25,248 nt of DNA from a virus (Duplodnaviria > Caudoviricetes), in IMG/VR virus record IMGVR_UViG_3300017778_003833, positions 1 to 25,248 of that record; one strand, written 5' to 3'. Shown here one piece after another: positions 21,735 to 25,248 of this stretch; the stretch's first letter is position 1, and each line of letters begins with the position of its first letter. Both the position numbers and the translations under genes were made by a program. The notes below the pieces were generated by a model. That model did not search any database and was not told the origin of the DNA. It saw only the letters and a program-made list of their open reading frames with translations.

Positions 21735-22508
21735 TCGTCCAACAACGATATTAATCACACCAGACTCGCCACTAAACTCTTCAAGCGATTTGCCAATTAC
21801 CATTCCCACTGATGGAGTAGCGCAGGCCATAGCAATACCATTCCCAGCCGACACCATCATGTCACCTTTTTGAATGTTACCTGTGACTCGAGCTGGGACC
21901 TTGCCCGTCAATGCAATTGGTAAAACAAATTCACCTTGTTGCCCAGTATTCATCAAGTAGCTAGGAGCAGTACTGACAACTCCGGCCACTCTGATATCAC
22001 ATGGGATTTCAGCCATAGTAATCTCATTAGTTCCACCAAAGCTGACCACTGTGCCTGGCTGGTAAATGGCATCTGACACATACATTTCTGCCAAGTCAGC
22101 GTACTGTGCTGAAGTTGATTTGGCAAAGATTGTATTAAAGTATACAGTCGAGCTACCAATGTTGCCCACTGCATTAGATCCGCCATTTATAATAGCAGTA
22201 GCAGCATTGCCTGAATTAACAGTTAAACTACCAGCAGTAATTAAATTACCAGCTGTAACGGTGGCAGTGCTGGTGATAGCAGCAGTGATACTGATCACAC
22301 CATTGCCGCTGATTGCGCAATTACCTAGAGTTTTATTGAGTAAAGTCTGTGTATTGGTCACGCCAACCATTGAAAATCCGCCTGCATTTGATCCATTGTG
22401 GACCCGCATAATGTTGAGGTCAGTGTCGACTGAGAGCTCACCGGCGGCGCCGGTAAAGGCGTCGTTTTGAGCTGTTGATCCTCGTCTAAATTGTACTTGA
22501 GTTGCCAT
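21729..22508 (-). CDS. Short tail-fibre-like protein with Mtd_N-like N-terminal anchor and C-terminal intramolecular-chaperone-like domain
   Basis: N-terminus MATQVQFRRGS...FTGAAGELSVDTD. C-domain YADLAEMY...GVVSTAPSYLMN...IALTGKVP...VIGKSLE. Confidence 0.75.
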   Translation of the reverse strand: MATQVQFRRGSTAQNDAFTGAAGELSVDTDLNIMRVHNGSNAGGFSMVGVTNTQTLLNKTLGNCAISGNGVISITAAITSTATVTAGNLITAGSLTVNSGNAATAIINGGSNAVGNIGSSTVYFNTIFAKSTSAQYADLAEMYVSDAIYQPGTVVSFGGTNEITMAEIPCDIRVAGVVSTAPSYLMNTGQQGEFVLPIALTGKVPARVTGNIQKGDMMVSAGNGIAMACATPSVGMVIGKSLEEFSGESGVINIVVGRL

Positions 22509-23062
22509 GTTTTTTACCTATCTTTATCTATTTATTGGATTAGTATCTACCAACTAATATCCAAATTTCCCCAGTGTCACCATCAAAATCTTCAAGTGAC
22601 TTACCAAATACGCATCCAACTTGATACAGTGCCGAATCTAACACCTGTGCATATCCTGGCATATCGCTACTTACCAACAGGTCGCCGCGTTTTACTGAAT
22701 CTTTTATCAGACATCTAACTTTTCCGGTCAACGCCAACGGTTGCCCATCAACTCCAGTGTTCATTAGATAGGCTGGTTTATCACTTATCACACCCACTAC
22801 TTTAGAATCATGTGACATTGTGCTTTGAGTCAGCTGTTTGATGCCGCCAATTATCATCACAGTGCCTGGTTGATACTCAACATCGGTATCATACACCTCA
22901 GCCAAGTCAGCGTACTGTGCTGAAGTTGATTTGGCAAATACTGTGTTAAAATACTTTGACGAACTACCAATGTTGCCCACTGCATTAGATCCGCCATTTA
23001 TAATAGCAGTAGCAGCATTGCCTGAATTAACAGTTAAACTACCAGCAGTAATTAAATTACCA
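22090..23062. repeat. Direct repeat shared by the two fibre genes (22090-22251 vs 22901-23062)
   Basis: Identical 38-nt block (22090-22127 = 22901-22938) and identical 99-nt block (22153-22251 = 22964-23062), separated by a 25-nt divergent patch. Confidence 0.95.
22529..22534 (-). promoter_or_regulatory. Late-promoter box TAAATA
   Basis: aaTAAATAgataaagatAGGTaaaaaacATG. Confidence 0.75.
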
Positions 23063-25248
23063 CCTGTTATGTTGCCGGTGACAGCCTGGGTGCCGGTGAC
23101 TGTGGCATTACCACCAACATATAGATTTGAGGTATTAGTATTCCAAGTGAAGTTTTCAGCCCCACCAAAATTTTGATTATTAACATTGAATTGGATGGTG
23201 CCATTACCCCCACCTGGACTGGTTTGAATAATTACTCCTAGGTCATATGCATCGACAACTCCTGCACTTACTAATCCATTGTCATAATTTGGTGCAGTAG
23301 TTCCGTCTGTAATAAGTCCACAATCGCCGCCTTTGCCAAATAGAGTTCCATCATTGGTACTTCCTGTAACTGTTATTGTCAGCACATTTGTTGTGGCATT
23401 GCCTGCCATTGTAATACCATTGCCGGCCCGTGGGGACAAGATACCAGAACTGTTTGATGCCGTCAGTGTTGCATTGCCAGCTGCATTACCAGTTGTATTT
23501 CCTTGTACCTCTAGTTGATAGTAAACTGAGGACAATGATGCAATACCAGATAGATAATATCCATTTCCAAGAATATTGCCACCTGAAACATTGCCAGTTG
23601 CACTTATTAATCCTGCAGTGATTATATTGCCACCTGAAACATTGCCAGTGGCAGTGATATTACCTGTGGCATTGACCGTAGTTGCTGCCAATGTGCCCAC
23701 AACAAAGTTACCATAGCTGTTGACTGTGACTACTTCGCTGGTGATGCTGACGTCTATAGCAGCGATTAAGTTGCCAGCTGAATTATCATAGCCAATAAAT
23801 GAAGACTTTTCACTGCCTGAATAATACCAAAGTTGTTCACCACGATCTTTGCTGTCATTTGTAACCAGTGGAGCATTGTTTGCGCCACGTCCAATACCTA
23901 TAATTGGATCTTGTATGTTTAAATTAGTGACATTAACATAATTTGTATTACCGTTGACAGTTAAGTTGCCAGAAATTAATCCGTCGCCAGTTACAGCCAA
24001 AGTGCCAATATTGGCAATACCAGTTGTGGTTAAATTACCACCTGTGACATTGGCAGTTGCTGATAGTGTGCCAACATTGGCCGTACCAGTAGTGGTTAAG
24101 TTCCCACCTGTGATGTTACCAGTGGCTGTGATCAGTCCCGCGGTGGTGATATTACCACCAGTGATATTACCTGTGACATTTGCCAATCCAGCGGTTATTA
24201 AGTTACCACCAGTGATATTACCTGTGACATTTGCCAATCCAGCGGTTATTAAGTTACCACCGGTGACATTGGCAGTGGCTGTGATATTGCCTGTGGCTGT
24301 GATCAATCCTGCAGTGGTGATGTTACCACCGGTGATATTACCAGTAGAATCAAATGTGCCAGCAACGTTTGTACCAGTACCTGTTACTACTAGGACATTA
24401 GCGATGCCACCAACATTGGTATTGACATTGCCATTGGCAACTAGAATGCTGACACTTGATGTTCCGTTGGCAATACTATTACCAACAGCAGAAGCTATAC
24501 CAGTAAGTTGTGATCCATTGCCAAGGAAATAACTTGCGCCAACGTTGCCAGCGACCCCAAGATTGCCAGTGACATTGCCACTGCCTGTAACAGACAGTGT
24601 GCCAACATTGGCCGTACCTATGGTGGTTAAGTTACCACCAGTGATATTACCTGTGACATTTGCCAATCCAGCGGTTATTAAGTTACCACCAGTGATATTA
24701 CCTGTGATATTTGCCAATCCAGCGGTTATTAAGTTACCACCAGTGATATTGCCTGTGGCAGTCAATGAGCTCAATGTGCCAACCGAAGTAATATTAGGCT
24801 GCGCAGTATCAGTGACTGTGTTGGCAGTGGCAGCCAATCCACTGATACTAATAGAATAGGTACCAGTAAGTCTACCACTGGGCACTGTACCTGATGTCAG
24901 ACTTGTTGCATTGGCATTGCCAAGAAAGTAGTTTGCACTGACATTGCTGCTGACATCAAGATTACCAGTGACGTTTGCTCCTGCAGAAGTAATGACAAAC
25001 ACATTGGCAGTGCCACCAACACTGGCACTGATGTTGCCATTGGCTACTGAGATGCTGATGTTCGAAGTGCCATTATTGATGTTAGCAACTGATGTGATAA
25101 CACCTGTTAGGCAAGCACCATTGCCAAGAAAGTAGTTTGCACTGACGTTGCTGCTGACATCAAGATTACCAGTGACGTTTGCTCCTGTGGAAGCAATAAC
25201 AAATATGTTGGAAGTGCCACCAACACTGGCACTGATGTTGCCATTGGC
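22540..25248 (-). CDS. Long G/N/T-rich repeat tail-fibre-like protein (3' part, >902 aa, start lies outside the window)
   Basis: The frame of the 820-aa ORF stays open to the window edge (ANGNISASVGGTSN...). Many GNITGGNL repeats. Same YADLAE C-terminal domain as its neighbour. Confidence 0.88.
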   Translation of the reverse strand, partial: ANGNISASVGGTSNIFVIASTGANVTGNLDVSSNVSANYFLGNGACLTGVITSVANINNGTSNISISVANGNISASVGGTANVFVITSAGANVTGNLDVSSNVSANYFLGNANATSLTSGTVPSGRLTGTYSISISGLAATANTVTDTAQPNITSVGTLSSLTATGNITGGNLITAGLANITGNITGGNLITAGLANVTGNITGGNLTTIGTANVGTLSVTGSGNVTGNLGVAGNVGASYFLGNGSQLTGIASAVGNSIANGTSSVSILVANGNVNTNVGGIANVLVVTGTGTNVAGTFDSTGNITGGNITTAGLITATGNITATANVTGGNLITAGLANVTGNITGGNLITAGLANVTGNITGGNITTAGLITATGNITGGNLTTTGTANVGTLSATANVTGGNLTTTGIANIGTLAVTGDGLISGNLTVNGNTNYVNVTNLNIQDPIIGIGRGANNAPLVTNDSKDRGEQLWYYSGSEKSSFIGYDNSAGNLIAAIDVSITSEVVTVNSYGNFVVGTLAATTVNATGNITATGNVSGGNIITAGLISATGNVSGGNILGNGYYLSGIASLSSVYYQLEVQGNTTGNAAGNATLTASNSSGILSPRAGNGITMAGNATTNVLTITVTGSTNDGTLFGKGGDCGLITDGTTAPNYDNGLVSAGVVDAYDLGVIIQTSPGGGNGTIQFNVNNQNFGGAENFTWNTNTSNLYVGGNATVTGTQAVTGNITGGNLITAGSLTVNSGNAATAIINGGSNAVGNIGSSSKYFNTVFAKSTSAQYADLAEVYDTDVEYQPGTVMIIGGIKQLTQSTMSHDSKVVGVISDKPAYLMNTGVDGQPLALTGKVRCLIKDSVKRGDLLVSSDMPGYAQVLDSALYQVGCVFGKSLEDFDGDTGEIWILVGRY
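24152..24741. repeat. 51-nt (17-aa) tandem repeats in two blocks: 24152-24261 and 24632-24741
   Basis: Unit ttaccaccagtgatattacctgtgacatttgccaatccagcggttattaag occurs twice per block. The blocks are 480 nt apart and differ by one base. Confidence 0.95.
24915..25248. repeat. 204-nt-period (68-aa) imperfect direct repeat
   Basis: 24915-25044 matches 25119-25248 (ANGNISASVGGT.N.FVI.S.GANVTGNLDVSSNVSANYFLGN). Confidence 0.9.

Noticed and set aside
22090-23062. Diversity-generating retroelement TR/VR pair, suggested by the Mtd_N-like domain and the near-identical repeats
   Set aside because: Mismatches are clustered in one patch and are not adenine-specific. Both copies are coding, and no reverse transcriptase is present in the window.
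24152-24741. CRISPR-like array
   Set aside because: The repeats are contiguous in-frame coding units with no unique spacers, and there are no cas genes.
193-25135. Numerous antisense or alternative-frame ORFs in the track (e.g. 193-633, 7763-8182, 8702-9181, 17207-17638, 19511-19963, 23954-24532)
   Set aside because: They are shadows of well-supported genes, with no RBS or promoter and no recognisable motifs. Those in the fibre genes simply mirror the repeats.
1-25248. Stop-codon reassignment (seen in some large phages)
   Set aside because: Recognisable genes are full length under the standard code, and TAA, TGA and TAG all terminate genes.
1-25248. tRNA or other structured RNA genes
   Set aside because: Intergenic gaps are all under about 130 nt and are accounted for by promoters and leaders. 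No cloverleaf or T-loop context was found by eye.

Overview
A gene-dense segment of a large T4-like (myovirus, probably jumbo) phage genome, read in the standard genetic code and mostly on the minus strand. It covers virion morphogenesis and packaging. From the left end it contains the 5' end of a gp32-like SSB gene, a 495-aa hypothetical and the terminase large subunit. Next come a signal-peptide thermonuclease, a cluster of small or modular proteins with T4-like capsid-targeting N-termini, a probable terminase small subunit and a gp4-like head-completion nuclease. These are followed by tube-like, tail tube and tail sheath genes, an HNH protein, a dNMP kinase, a 3'-5' exonuclease, neck proteins (gp13/14/15-like), a NUDIX hydrolase and two repeat-rich tail-fibre-like genes, the last running off the window. 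Regulation can be read directly from the sequence: 11 TAAATA late-promoter boxes at gene junctions, three sigma70-type promoters, apparently leaderless genes, and a hairpin that hides the neck gene's ribosome-binding site. The strongest candidate for an undescribed system lies between terS and terL. It is a cassette of putative capsid-packaged, protease-processed cargo proteins, including a 683-aa 'beads-on-a-string' polyprotein of mini-domains separated by [ILV]-x-E sites. Family assignments come from motif recognition by eye; no searches were run.
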